The notes under the pieces are model-generated. The model worked only from the letters and a program-made list of their open reading frames with translations, had not been told where the DNA came from and did not search any database. Of a DNA stretch of 64,000 nt, positions 35,981-46,002 are shown one piece after another; the stretch's first letter is position 1; each line of letters begins with the position of its first letter. The stretch is from a virus. The position numbers were made by a program, and so were the translations under genes. The DNA lies in IMG/VR virus record IMGVR_UViG_3300047557_002430, positions 1-64,000 of that record; one strand, written 5' to 3'.

Positions 35981-36154
35981 ATGCCCTTTGTGAGCGAGGC
36001 CCAGCGGCGTAAATTCTACGCAATGTCTGAGCGAGGTGAAATCTCAAAAGCAAAAGTTGCGGAGTATGAAAAAGAAACTAAGGGCGACCTTCCCGAACGG
36101 GTAAAGGCAAAGAAAAAAGCACAGAAGTATACTGAATCTAAGAAAGGATCCTGA
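35981..36154 (+). CDS. small basic phage protein (57 aa)
   Basis: MPFVSEAQRRKFYAM...LPERVK; not in the track. Confidence 0.75.
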   Translation: MPFVSEAQRRKFYAMSERGEISKAKVAEYEKETKGDLPERVKAKKKAQKYTESKKGS

Positions 36155-36155
36155 A

Positions 36156-36338
36156 ATGCCTAACTCTATTGGCCGCCGTCTTCGCAGCACAAGCTCGACT
36201 GAGGTTGAACAGCTCAAGCAAGAGTTAGCTGTTCTAAAGGAAGCTTATGTGCGTGATATGCAAAATATAAGCACGGATATGAGTGCGCTCAGTCAAAAAA
36301 TTGATGTAACTCCTTCTGGCGTAGAGCCCAGCGCTTAA
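36156..36338 (+). CDS. small coiled-coil protein
   Basis: EVEQLKQELAVLKE. Confidence 0.65.
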   Translation: MPNSIGRRLRSTSSTEVEQLKQELAVLKEAYVRDMQNISTDMSALSQKIDVTPSGVEPSA

Positions 36339-36371
36339 AACTTATACTAGGTGTATAGCCGCTAACATCTC

Positions 36372-37124
36372 GTGGTTTATACACCGTTATCTAATTACAA
36401 ATACGACAGCGGTTTTCACCGTATTCAGTCCGGCCCAAGCCACGAAGGTTTCGTCGTATTAAGTTCCGGCATTCGGGATACTGGTGCAGACCTTGGCGTA
36501 ATAACTTCAGGCCCACCTAATAGTGGATCGTGGTACTTAACGACTGAATGGCGTACTGTTCCTCAGGCTGTTTCTGGCTATTGGACAGATTATGAAAATT
36601 CAGATTATTTACCGAGCGGTTCTCTAAGTTCTTACAACGGTTACAGACCTTTATCTGTTACTACGATCGCGAATGCGAAGGTCGTAACTTCCACAGGGCC
36701 TCAATACGGTTTACGTGACGAGGGGAAATATACGTATTACGGAGGTATCGCTCCGTCTAACCAAAGCTATAACCCGTATAACACCCCCGACGCAAACACA
36801 GCCGCCGAAGGTTCCACGGGCGGTGGTGTTACACACCGTAATTACGAAGGTACTTTATTAACTAATATTCTGGGTTCTCAGGGAACCGCTGATCGATCTC
36901 AGTGGGTCTATAACCCTCCTGTTTATTGCCAAACGTTTACAGAGACCGTTAGGTCTACAGCTCCGGGTTTAATGTCTTCTGCTCTTCGGTACGTTTATCG
37001 GGGTCGCTCTACTCGTTACGCCTACAACTACGGTTCCGTGTACTTACAGGGTTCTGAATCTGTACGGAATATGGTTCATCGGTTTAGTCCCACTGTTAAC
37101 AGCAGCAATCAAAAATCGATTTAA
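36372..37124 (+). CDS. Ser/Gly/Tyr-rich structural protein
   Basis: Immediately upstream of the capsid gene; 7 SG dipeptides in the first ~85 aa. Confidence 0.65.
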   Translation: MVYTPLSNYKYDSGFHRIQSGPSHEGFVVLSSGIRDTGADLGVITSGPPNSGSWYLTTEWRTVPQAVSGYWTDYENSDYLPSGSLSSYNGYRPLSVTTIANAKVVTSTGPQYGLRDEGKYTYYGGIAPSNQSYNPYNTPDANTAAEGSTGGGVTHRNYEGTLLTNILGSQGTADRSQWVYNPPVYCQTFTETVRSTAPGLMSSALRYVYRGRSTRYAYNYGSVYLQGSESVRNMVHRFSPTVNSSNQKSI

Positions 37125-37203
37125 CGCTAAAAATGCGACAGCACAGTGTTCTCCTGGCTCTTTTTGTTTTAAACTAACCTTGTAGTTTTCGGAGATATCG
37201 ACA

Positions 37204-38319
37204 GTGTTTGTCGATAACGATTTCCCGAAGCTGCTTGGTGCTGAGTTATATCGACCGCACCCTGCGTATGTAGTCGAAATGGCTGCAGAACCAGTGGTGG
37301 TCCATGACTTCTCCAAACAGCCCGGCCAGACAGTTCAGTTAGATCGTTACCGCTTCTGGGGCAACCCTGGTTCTAAGGAATCGCGGGAACGTACAGCCGA
37401 ACAGACAATCGGCACCGCTAACAGCAGGAATATTGTTAAGGACAAGGTGCTCGTGACTCTTCGCGAGTACACCGGTCCCGCTGACCCGACTGATCCTACT
37501 CAGCCCAGCACCTTCAAAATCGCTCGCGAGACTCTGATCACCGCGCAGCGCTTACTGCTGGATACTGGCAACCTGACTGCGTTCCACCAGTCTATCGGTT
37601 CGTTAACTCTGCTTGACGACTACCGGCGGTGGCGTGATCGGGTGTTCATCAACGAACTCCTGAAAGCCGTTTCTAAGGGTAAGGCTTCCGACAGCCAGGG
37701 TGGCTACTACTACCCCGGCGACCTTGCCGTCGGCGGTCTGACCTACTCTAACGCAGAGCAGGCCAAGTTCGACGTTAAGGACGACCTGCTGCGCGTGGTG
37801 AAGAGCCTCCGTAAGCGGAACGTCCCCACCTACCAGGACGGGTTCTATCGCTGCGTCTGCGATCCTACCTTCCTGATGCACCTGCGTCAGAACAGCGACT
37901 TCCGCGAGGTTGCACGCTATCCTGGCAACGGCCAAATCAACCCCCTCATGTCGGCGATGCAGCCCAACGCTGCGCTGTACATGGGTCAAGGCTTCGGCCA
38001 AGCCACCTTCGTGGCTGGCGAGCCCATCATGCCGACTGGCTTTGTGTTTGAAGGTGTGCGGTTCTTCGAATCCACCAACATGCCTTCGCAGACTGCCACG
38101 GCGACTATCGGTGGCACCGCAGGTACATACGATACCGCCATCGGTATGTTCTTCGGTCCCCAAAGCGTTGGTGTCGGTATCGGCGGCAACAACGCCCAGG
38201 TGCTGCTGAACAACAACGACGACTTCAGCCGTTTCATCATGATGATTTGGAGCCTGTACGCAGGTTTCGAACTTCTGAACGCTGACTTCGCCACCATCGC
38301 TTACTCCTTTAGCGTTTGA
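37204..38319 (+). CDS. major capsid protein (HK97 fold, N4-gp56-like)
   Basis: 371 aa; K.PGQTVQ..RY, VTLREY, EGVRFFESTN, W..YAGF; highly expressed codon style. Confidence 0.88.
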   Translation: MFVDNDFPKLLGAELYRPHPAYVVEMAAEPVVVHDFSKQPGQTVQLDRYRFWGNPGSKESRERTAEQTIGTANSRNIVKDKVLVTLREYTGPADPTDPTQPSTFKIARETLITAQRLLLDTGNLTAFHQSIGSLTLLDDYRRWRDRVFINELLKAVSKGKASDSQGGYYYPGDLAVGGLTYSNAEQAKFDVKDDLLRVVKSLRKRNVPTYQDGFYRCVCDPTFLMHLRQNSDFREVARYPGNGQINPLMSAMQPNAALYMGQGFGQATFVAGEPIMPTGFVFEGVRFFESTNMPSQTATATIGGTAGTYDTAIGMFFGPQSVGVGIGGNNAQVLLNNNDDFSRFIMMIWSLYAGFELLNADFATIAYSFSV

Positions 38320-38336
38320 TAAGGAGGTAACTAACG

Positions 38337-39200
38337 ATGGCTATTAATCCTCAGCAAATCGCCGTTGCCAAAATCTATCCTGGCAACTACACCAACGTTC
38401 TCCGTTACTGGCACTCCACCAGCAACTTCAGTTTTCTGAACGAGAACGGCACTAACGAGACCTACTCCAATCAGCCGATTGGCGGTCCCGTCGGCGTGGT
38501 GTTCCGTCCCGGTTGGATTGCCCAACAGGCTGTTGGTTATGTTGACCTGTCTTATCAGGCCAGCTCCAGCACTAACCAACTGGATTACTACACCCAGCCT
38601 TATGGCTCGGGTCAAAACGGCACTAACCAGCCCTTCCGGGCTGCCGACATCATTATTCCGTCTCCTGACGCTTATAAGGATGTCCGTGCCGATATCACCG
38701 ACGGTATCACCGTGCCTTCTGGCGCTTATGTGTACCGCGTGTCTGTGCGTCTTGATGGCGGCGATGTGATCTCCAGTGGTATCGCTGGTGCTCAGACCGC
38801 TCCCGCTCTCGGCGTGGGCCCCGCTCTGTCTTCGGGTCTCACCGTGGCCCCCAGCCCCAGCGGCTTCTTCGCGAACCTCGTGGGCTCCAACAGCCGCATT
38901 GAGAACGGCACGTGGAATTCCAGCAACGCCTGGAACGACGCCAACATGCACGTGGTGACTGCGGATACGAAGTACCGTCTGTACAGCACCGCCACCGTTC
39001 CTGGCTCCGGTCTGGGTCTCGGTTCTGGTGTGTACGATCCCCGTGCTCAGGCCAACAAACTGGCCGGTCGCAACAAAGCCCTCGGCATCTGCGAAGTGTG
39101 CTGGCTCATCCCCGATGAGGCTCCCAAGCGCGATGACCTGGCTCTGCAACCCGCTGGTCTGGTCGAGTCCAACGTGTACACCTCGACTGTTCCCTCCTGA
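38337..39200 (+). CDS. abundant structural protein (capsid decoration or minor capsid)
   Basis: Strong RBS AAGGAGG; same codon bias as the capsid gene; shared terminator. Confidence 0.7.
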   Translation: MAINPQQIAVAKIYPGNYTNVLRYWHSTSNFSFLNENGTNETYSNQPIGGPVGVVFRPGWIAQQAVGYVDLSYQASSSTNQLDYYTQPYGSGQNGTNQPFRAADIIIPSPDAYKDVRADITDGITVPSGAYVYRVSVRLDGGDVISSGIAGAQTAPALGVGPALSSGLTVAPSPSGFFANLVGSNSRIENGTWNSSNAWNDANMHVVTADTKYRLYSTATVPGSGLGLGSGVYDPRAQANKLAGRNKALGICEVCWLIPDEAPKRDDLALQPAGLVESNVYTSTVPS

Positions 39201-39221
39201 TAAACTCAGGCTGGAATGTTC

Positions 39222-39248
39222 AAGCCCCCTCTTCGGAGGGGGTTTTTT
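39222..39248 (+). terminator. rho-independent terminator
   Basis: CCCCCTC-TTCG-GAGGGGG plus T6. Confidence 0.92.
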
Positions 39249-39292
39249 ATTGTTTACTGTGCTATAACTAGCTTCAGAGCACTGTCTACATA

Positions 39293-39727
39293 ATGACTGC
39301 TGTGACCACGAAGGAATACACCTACACTCCGAATGGTGTAAAAATTGAAGTAATTAGTGAGCACGATGAAGGTGAATATAAGATGGTGAAGTCCTTAACT
39401 ACCGGGAAGGTTTTCTTTGCCCATCGAAATCAAATTGCTGAAGTCGAGAAAGAAGCTGAGCCCGAATCTAAAACTGCAAAACAGCGCCGTGGGCGACAAA
39501 TTGTAAAACCGGAAGTTCAGGCTTTTAACCGCGTAAACATCAATAGCGCTACTCCCCAGTTACTGACTCAGGTTCTTAAAGGTGTTGGCCTTAAAACGGC
39601 TACTGAAATTAAAGAGCTTCAGCAGTCTATGCCTGGCGAGCGCTTTACTAAGTTGGAGCAACTGCGGGCGATCACCCGCGTGGATTGGGATTCTGTTCTT
39701 GAGGGTGACCATGTGTATGTGGAATGA
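39293..39727 (+). CDS. helix-hairpin-helix (ComEA-like) DNA-binding protein
   Basis: VNINSAT...LKGVGLKTA.EI...F.KLEQL. Confidence 0.8.
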   Translation: MTAVTTKEYTYTPNGVKIEVISEHDEGEYKMVKSLTTGKVFFAHRNQIAEVEKEAEPESKTAKQRRGRQIVKPEVQAFNRVNINSATPQLLTQVLKGVGLKTATEIKELQQSMPGERFTKLEQLRAITRVDWDSVLEGDHVYVE

Positions 39728-40232
39728 TATTTAAAAACGCGAATTCACCAAAATATTTTTTAGCTGCTTCGTTATATGCGATAGCAGCTTTTTCTTCTGT
39801 GTCGTAACCTCCTAGGCTTATAGTTTTGTAATTTAATTTAATTCGACTATAGTATCTTCCGTCTCTTTTATCACAATATACGCCTTTATACTTTTTTCCT
39901 TTTCTAGGTCTTTGGTTTGCTGTTTGCTGTGATCTATTAGCTAGTCGAAGTTTTCCTGTGTTCTCGTAATCATGATCTTCATGATCAATTTCAAAATCAC
40001 CTGGATCTTTATTATTTTTTAAAGCAAAGTATACTCTGTGATTTAAATAAGCTATATTATTAAGTGAGAATTCATAGTATGTTAAATTTTTTCTTTTGCA
40101 TTTATTTCCTACAGGGTCTCCTATTTTTACTCTATTAGAAGGTCTTTTTGACCACCTTAGTTTTTGAGGAATAGTTTCGTCTATTTCGATCCATTGCTTT
40201 AAAAATCCTATATCTAAGCGTTTTGGTTTCAC
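39672..40232 (-). mobile_element. free-standing HNH-AP2 homing endonuclease gene
   Basis: HRV...EIDHED...LRLA, then AP2-like YKGV...SLGGYDTEEKAAIAYNEAA...GEFA; AT-rich; antisense to its neighbours. Confidence 0.85.
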
Positions 40233-40265
40233 GTAGACTAAAAGGTAGGGTATGGAGTCTAGAAC

Positions 40266-40886
40266 ATGGCTCAGCTAAGCACACAAGAGCTAGAGCAGAT
40301 TCAGTCATATTTAGCCGGACAAGGGGTTGTTTTTCAACCAGATGTCACAGACGCTACTAAAAGAGAAGTAGTTTATGCGGCGATTAATCAGCTTACACGT
40401 AATCCAGCAAGCGTATTTGGATACAGACTTGATGATTTTAACTTTAGCCGTGTAGCGTATCATTTAGGTTACAATATCGCTACTGTTCCTGCAGGTGACT
40501 ATGCTCGCCTAATGGAAGCGTGTAATAGTATTCCTTCTGAATTTTATTACGACAAGATTGTTCAGCAGATCGAACGCTGCGAAGAAGCTGAGCGTTTGAC
40601 TGAATTAGCTACTGGTCGAGCAACTAGCCGTCAGGAAACAATTCTGGGTGATGTTAGTCGCTCCATTAATATTCAGGACAAGCGTGAAACAGCCAGGATT
40701 TGGCGTGAAAACTATTCGTACGAATGCGATCGACTGGCTCATATGTTGTATGTTCCGAATTATCGGGATCCTGTTACTGCTCGTTATCGTTTTGAACGCA
40801 GTGGTGGTGAGTTTATTCAGGCCATCCCTGGTCCGCCAGATACGTCGCGAGCGGACCGCTTGTACTTCTATGCAAACTGGCGCTAA
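40266..40886 (+). CDS. putative head-tail adaptor/neck protein
   Basis: Helical 206-aa ORF after the capsid genes (positional inference). Confidence 0.5.
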   Translation: MAQLSTQELEQIQSYLAGQGVVFQPDVTDATKREVVYAAINQLTRNPASVFGYRLDDFNFSRVAYHLGYNIATVPAGDYARLMEACNSIPSEFYYDKIVQQIERCEEAERLTELATGRATSRQETILGDVSRSINIQDKRETARIWRENYSYECDRLAHMLYVPNYRDPVTARYRFERSGGEFIQAIPGPPDTSRADRLYFYANWR

Positions 40887-40916
40887 CATACATTTAGTTA
40901 TTCCGTAAGGTTATAC

Positions 40917-42458
40917 ATGGCTCCACGGATAGACGCAAATCTTTTGCGGAGGTTTGCGGAGAGTGCTCTCTCTGCGCTGGGGGATACAGGTGAGCAGATG
41001 CTGCGCCAAGCGGGATATTCGATTCCGGATGTAACGGGCGCAACCTTACGGAAAGCTGCGCAAAAACCTGCAGGAATTTTCAAAGCCCCCGTGGCTGAAG
41101 CAGGTGAGCGAGCTGTACAAGGCACATATCGCTTAGGTCGAGAAGCTGCGCAAAAAGCAGCTCCTAAAGCGCAAGAAGTTTTAGAACAAACTATTCGTGC
41201 GGTTGCCCCTGCGCGCCGAGCTGAACCTCCGGTTATGGGTGTGTTCACTCCCCCCGCGAGCCCCGCTGTTCGTTCCGTTGTAGAAGCTGCCCCTGATATT
41301 GCACGCACTCCTACCGGTGCTCCTGAGGCTCCTGTCCCTTTGGACGGACGTCAGCTCGATCTCTTTTCCGGTTTTAACCGTTTAACTTACCCCAAAGGGA
41401 CTGTTACCGCTGAAGGCACAAAGGTCGGGGGCTTAACTTATAACCCCGCAGACGTAATGCCTGAGGGCGAGTCCACGCAGTTTGTTCGTGAGCTTGCTCG
41501 TAAGTACGGAATTGACGAAGATTTAGCGCTGCAACAAATGCGCAACCCAGGCCCAAGCTTGGCTGACGAAATGTACGGACAAGAGATCCCGCGTGGTACA
41601 GGGCTCTTCTCAAGTCCGACACGATTTGGTGTATATCAAGCACGGAACTTAATTGGCAGCAAAGTAGCAGATCTTGCTCAATTAGCTCGCGAGAATCCTG
41701 ATTTAGTAGCAGGGGGAGCTGCTGGTCTGGCTGGTTTAGGTTTGGGCACTTACGCTCTTACACGCCCCTCTTCTCCTGCCGCACCTGAGACCCCTGCGGA
41801 AACTCCGATGGGTCCGACCACAGAAACTGTGGATGCCGGTGGATTAATTAACGACCCGGAAGCTGCCCAAAATCGAATCCGCGCTATCCAGCAGGTTGCA
41901 GCAGCTCAAGAACCGGGCGCTCGTGCTCAGTTAGAGACTCCGACTTATCGAGGTGCTGACGGCCAGACCGTCATTGTCACCCGTGGCGAGAATGAAGCGC
42001 TGCGTTCAGCTAAGCAGCAGTACGCTAAACCTTCTCAGGGTCAGGAAGCGTTACAGAAGTATTACCGTCAGCGTCAGGCTTACGCTACATACCCTCAGTA
42101 TCGCGAAGAAGTTATTTCTGAGCTTACTAAGCGTAATGTCTTAGATACTCCTGAACTCGTCACCTGGGCTAAGTCCAATCCGACTTTGGCCTACGAGTTG
42201 TTACGAAAAGCTACTGGATCTACCACATTACCTAGTCAGCAATCTGCTCAAGTTAAGCAGACTGTTATTGGTACTCCTATGGGTACTAACACAACCAATA
42301 ATGCTGTAGGTAACGCCACTGCTGCTGGTTTAAACGCCGCTACAGGGACTCAGGCAGCGTCTGAGCTTACGGATGCTACAAGGCCACAGGTTTATGAGCA
42401 GATTCAGCCGTTAGATCCTCGCTTGATCTATGGTTCCTCTTTAAACCTCTTACGTTAA
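40917..42458 (+). CDS. Ala/Pro-rich putative internal virion protein
   Basis: Central G/A-rich TM-like segment; LVTWAKSNPTLAYELL motif. Confidence 0.65.
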   Translation: MAPRIDANLLRRFAESALSALGDTGEQMLRQAGYSIPDVTGATLRKAAQKPAGIFKAPVAEAGERAVQGTYRLGREAAQKAAPKAQEVLEQTIRAVAPARRAEPPVMGVFTPPASPAVRSVVEAAPDIARTPTGAPEAPVPLDGRQLDLFSGFNRLTYPKGTVTAEGTKVGGLTYNPADVMPEGESTQFVRELARKYGIDEDLALQQMRNPGPSLADEMYGQEIPRGTGLFSSPTRFGVYQARNLIGSKVADLAQLARENPDLVAGGAAGLAGLGLGTYALTRPSSPAAPETPAETPMGPTTETVDAGGLINDPEAAQNRIRAIQQVAAAQEPGARAQLETPTYRGADGQTVIVTRGENEALRSAKQQYAKPSQGQEALQKYYRQRQAYATYPQYREEVISELTKRNVLDTPELVTWAKSNPTLAYELLRKATGSTTLPSQQSAQVKQTVIGTPMGTNTTNNAVGNATAAGLNAATGTQAASELTDATRPQVYEQIQPLDPRLIYGSSLNLLR

Positions 42459-42472
42459 ACTTAATAAAAACG

Positions 42473-42784
42473 ATGAACTCTTTTCCTGACTATAGTTTCG
42501 TCTTCAATCCCAGTCCCTCGGCAGCTCCTGCTACCAAACCAGGGACTGATTGGACGGCAATTGGTTTAGGTGCCCAAGATTTTCTTACAGGAATTGGGGA
42601 TGTTGTTCGGGCTGTTCGTGGCGTGCCCGAATCACCTTATCGTGTCGCCGGTTCGCGTCTGCAAGAGTATCTGAAATCTCAAAAGGAGGATGACTACCTC
42701 CAGCGGTTGTTAGGCACAATCCTAAGTTCTAGGTCAAAAGAATCGTCTTCTTTTGATCCTAAAGCTGGTAAACCCGTAATTTAA
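42473..42784 (+). CDS. hypothetical protein
   Basis: Co-oriented within the structural block. Confidence 0.65.
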   Translation: MNSFPDYSFVFNPSPSAAPATKPGTDWTAIGLGAQDFLTGIGDVVRAVRGVPESPYRVAGSRLQEYLKSQKEDDYLQRLLGTILSSRSKESSSFDPKAGKPVI

Positions 42785-42806
42785 TCTAAAGCATTAGGTA
42801 AGCATC

Positions 42807-43361
42807 ATGGCCTCGACGAGCACTAACAAACAACCTTGCTTAATCGATCGCCCCTTTCTTAGGGGTGCTCGCGTTACATCGGCTACGCAGAAGTGCGATC
42901 CCACTAACCCAAACCTCACCGATCTAATTCAATTAGTCCGCGTGGGGGATCTTCCTTCTGAAGATGCTGCGCTTGTAGAGGACATCACAATCGTCAGTAA
43001 TGAGGATTATCCGAATAACGCTGGCGTTCGTACAGCCGATATAGGACTTTACGTGTATGCGCCTAACCAGGCGGCACCTTCAACATCGTCGGCTTTAATG
43101 GTTGGCCGTTTTGAGGTTGGCCTGAGCGGCGATACATTTGGTTATCCTCTTCCTGTTCAACTTTTTGCTGTTAATGCTCCTGTTCCCAAAGTAGGAGACA
43201 CGTCCATAGTGGCTCCCATACAAGTTGGTAAGGGAGAGGGTTTGTACCTCGAAAAAGGTTACATCCTCTGTGCTGGATACATCGGTAACGGCCCTTCATC
43301 TGTATCGGGTGGCCTTAGTTCGTCCGGTATTACAATCTGGTGTCAAGGAGGGTTCTATTGA
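42807..43361 (+). CDS. beta-rich structural (tail) protein
   Basis: STSTNKQP.LIDRP...QGGFY. Confidence 0.65.
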   Translation: MASTSTNKQPCLIDRPFLRGARVTSATQKCDPTNPNLTDLIQLVRVGDLPSEDAALVEDITIVSNEDYPNNAGVRTADIGLYVYAPNQAAPSTSSALMVGRFEVGLSGDTFGYPLPVQLFAVNAPVPKVGDTSIVAPIQVGKGEGLYLEKGYILCAGYIGNGPSSVSGGLSSSGITIWCQGGFY

Positions 43362-43873
43362 TAAAGAGTGGGCTCAACATGAGCCCATTTTTTGTTCCTT
43401 TTTATTAAAGAAATACATACTTGAGAAACACCATATTTATTAGCTAAAGATAGCTGTGTTTCGTTTGTAGTTGCGAGCAGTAGTTTTATCTCAGCTACTT
43501 CTCTTTCAGTAAGTTTGCTTGCTCTATTTTTAGATCCAGTATTATTAGGTTGATTAAACTTTCTTTTATTTTTTTGTTGTTCTGATCTAGAAGACCATTT
43601 ACAGTTTGAGGGTTCGTAGTTTCCGTCATTATTTATACGATCCAAGGAATATTCTTGGGAGGGTTTTTCTCCCATATCGGTTATAAAATTTAGAAAACCT
43701 TCTTTCTGGTATTTTTTTGTTTTATCTGGCAGCCACCGGTCACATATTGTTATTCCTCTTCCTCCGTATCTGGGATAAGCCGAATGATTTTTTCTGTAGC
43801 AACGATCTACCATAGATTTATAAGTATTCCAGAGAGGATGCGCACACAAACATACATTTGTCATAATGTTCAC
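43355..43873 (-). mobile_element. free-standing HNH endonuclease gene with a C-terminal HTH
   Basis: RYGGRGITICDRW, SLDRINNDGNYEPSNCKW, KLTE..V...LANKYGVS; AT-rich; antisense. Confidence 0.88.
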
Positions 43874-43894
43874 AGAAACTTATTCTAAGGTATC

Positions 43895-45427
43895 ATGGCC
43901 AGAAAAAAAGGGTCCGACAATTTTGGGTTTCGTGATTTCAAGGCATCAAAACCTGTAGAGCAACCGAAAACGATACGGGGCTCGGACAATCGTTTAGAGT
44001 TGTCCAGCCCTTTGCCGTTTAAGCGGAGATTTCGTCCAGCTACGGGGACGAAAGATTTTAGTGTTATAAGCGAGTATGACTACGCTTCGCTCTGGGTGCG
44101 TTGGCGCCGTGGCTATGAGCTTGCGATGTACTCTCAGCAAGCTTATGACGGATTAACTTACTCTTTTAAATATTTTCCTCAGGGAAACCCAGGAACAGGT
44201 GTCTTCGTCCCTGGTGCTTGCTTTATGTATCCCACAACGCGTTCTGACATGCGTATGTGGATGGTTGGGGTCAGACCTCGTGACTCTTTTAACTTTCTAA
44301 ATTTCGGTTACTCCGTATCGTCTGTAACTAAGTACAACGAAGACACTTATGCTGTTCAATTAAATACTCGGTTTGGTGCCCCTATATCCTTCTTTACAGG
44401 AGAGGTTTTATCTAATCGATTTAATGCAGATGGATCTGAAAAACAGTACGGGTATAACAACTACACGGTCACAGCCGTGGGTTTTAATAACGTCCCTCTA
44501 ACACCTACGTTTGCCCCTATTTTTAATACACTGTTTTTATCAATAAGCAGAGATAAAAGTTGGTCTGTTGTTGACGCAACGACACTTGCTGTTCCCGCGT
44601 CTGGTCCGCCAGCTATTGGCGAGTATCTGACAACTGAAATGCGGGCACAATGCACATGCCCTGATTTCCTCAATCGTGAGAATTTAAATTTATGGGATGT
44701 GTCTCTGCGTCAGCGGTATCCATACACGCGTGTTCAGAACATGGATCCGGGTTTTTATGACGCTGGTCCAAACCAAGCACAGCGGCTTAATAACTCCTCA
44801 GATGATCCCGGCTATGCACGGGCCTTCGGATTTATCTACTTAAACGAAATTTATAACATAGCAAGTTACTCTGAAGCTAGTTATTCAGACCCTAACTTGT
44901 ATTACTTTCAGCCCAAATGGTGTAAGCATATATACGCTGCTATGTGGGATATGCAGTTGAGATACAACCAGACGACAACGACTTCACCGTGGGTTCTTCA
45001 TCAGCCGAATGATGAGCCTATGAACGAATACTACAGGGAGAAATTCGATAGAGATTTAGAGAAACAGTTTACGTTCTTGAAGCGCGAGAAAGATCTGGTG
45101 TGGTGGCAACGATATAGCCCGACAAAGGACGGTATGCCTGACCGCATCATGTTGCCTGATATGTACAACATGATGGCGAAAACATTAAATGTTGGGGGGT
45201 TAGACAGCGCCACGCCTATGCGTCCGCAGGCGTTTGACATGTTTACGTTTGATACCTTTGATCCCTTTGCTCCTGTAAGTCCAGAAAACCTACAGGTTTA
45301 CGACGGCGGTACGTATGCGTACGGTTCCCCGGTATCAATGCCGGTTAACATACTGGACGGAACAACGTATAAAAACGGTACACAAGCTTTTGTACCTGCT
45401 TTTGCTTTAAACGGAGGAACTTATTAA
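43895..45427 (+). CDS. tail-associated protein with an interrupted SWIM-type zinc finger
   Basis: CTCPDF...WCKHIYA; three C-terminal (D/N)G(G/T)TY repeats. Confidence 0.65.
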   Translation: MARKKGSDNFGFRDFKASKPVEQPKTIRGSDNRLELSSPLPFKRRFRPATGTKDFSVISEYDYASLWVRWRRGYELAMYSQQAYDGLTYSFKYFPQGNPGTGVFVPGACFMYPTTRSDMRMWMVGVRPRDSFNFLNFGYSVSSVTKYNEDTYAVQLNTRFGAPISFFTGEVLSNRFNADGSEKQYGYNNYTVTAVGFNNVPLTPTFAPIFNTLFLSISRDKSWSVVDATTLAVPASGPPAIGEYLTTEMRAQCTCPDFLNRENLNLWDVSLRQRYPYTRVQNMDPGFYDAGPNQAQRLNNSSDDPGYARAFGFIYLNEIYNIASYSEASYSDPNLYYFQPKWCKHIYAAMWDMQLRYNQTTTTSPWVLHQPNDEPMNEYYREKFDRDLEKQFTFLKREKDLVWWQRYSPTKDGMPDRIMLPDMYNMMAKTLNVGGLDSATPMRPQAFDMFTFDTFDPFAPVSPENLQVYDGGTYAYGSPVSMPVNILDGTTYKNGTQAFVPAFALNGGTY

Positions 45428-46002
45428 TGACATCAACCCCTGTTGTCTTTCTCTTAAAAAGATCTGGTCTCTCCTCAGACCGTCCTAGCGGCGTTATTCT
45501 GCAGGGAGGCGAGCCTGCGCTTTGTTTTGGTGCTGCAGACCCAGGACTTTACTTTGAAGATTCTGCGGGTTCTGTTCGCAAAATAGGTCCGGCTCATTAC
45601 GGAACGACGGCGCCTAACTCTTCTCCGCAGGGATTAGCGGGAAACTCTACCGGTGAGTTATGGACCGATAGCTCAACTTCAGAGTATTACTTAAAAGTTT
45701 GGACAGGATCAGCGTGGCAGAAAGTAGGGGCTGCGTTTTCCGACTCCGCCACCATAGCTACCTCGGCTGCTACTGCGGGTTCCGCTGTATTAGCGTCTGG
45801 CGCTGTTTTGGCGTCCGGAGCTATTTTGGCCTCCGGAGCAATCCTTGCGTCAGGTGCTATTAAATGCGCAGACATTGGAGTGAGTGGATTACCCGCCCCC
45901 AGCAGCTATGCTTCCGGGTCGCTCTTCTACCAAATACAGCCTTCAGGATCCTTTGGTGCGGGACTGTTTGTTAGGGCCTCAAATACTTGGCTTCAGGCCT
46001 GA
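45427..46002 (+). CDS. short tail fibre protein
   Basis: LKRS...RP...GEPAL anchor, GELW.D...LKVW repeat, (A-V/I-L-A-S-G)x4. Confidence 0.7.
   Translation: MTSTPVVFLLKRSGLSSDRPSGVILQGGEPALCFGAADPGLYFEDSAGSVRKIGPAHYGTTAPNSSPQGLAGNSTGELWTDSSTSEYYLKVWTGSAWQKVGAAFSDSATIATSAATAGSAVLASGAVLASGAILASGAILASGAIKCADIGVSGLPAPSSYASGSLFYQIQPSGSFGAGLFVRASNTWLQA
45784..45855 (+). repeat. four 18-bp coding tandem repeats (AVLASG/AILASG)
   Basis: Synonymously diverged DNA units with a conserved peptide. Confidence 0.85.

Noticed and set aside
37603-39149. Long antisense ORFs (186 and 272 aa) over the capsid genes
   Set aside because: Expected by-product of strong codon bias on the sense strand
39672-43873. 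Group I introns around the HNH genes
   Set aside because: Flanking genes look complete and there is no non-coding room for a ribozyme core
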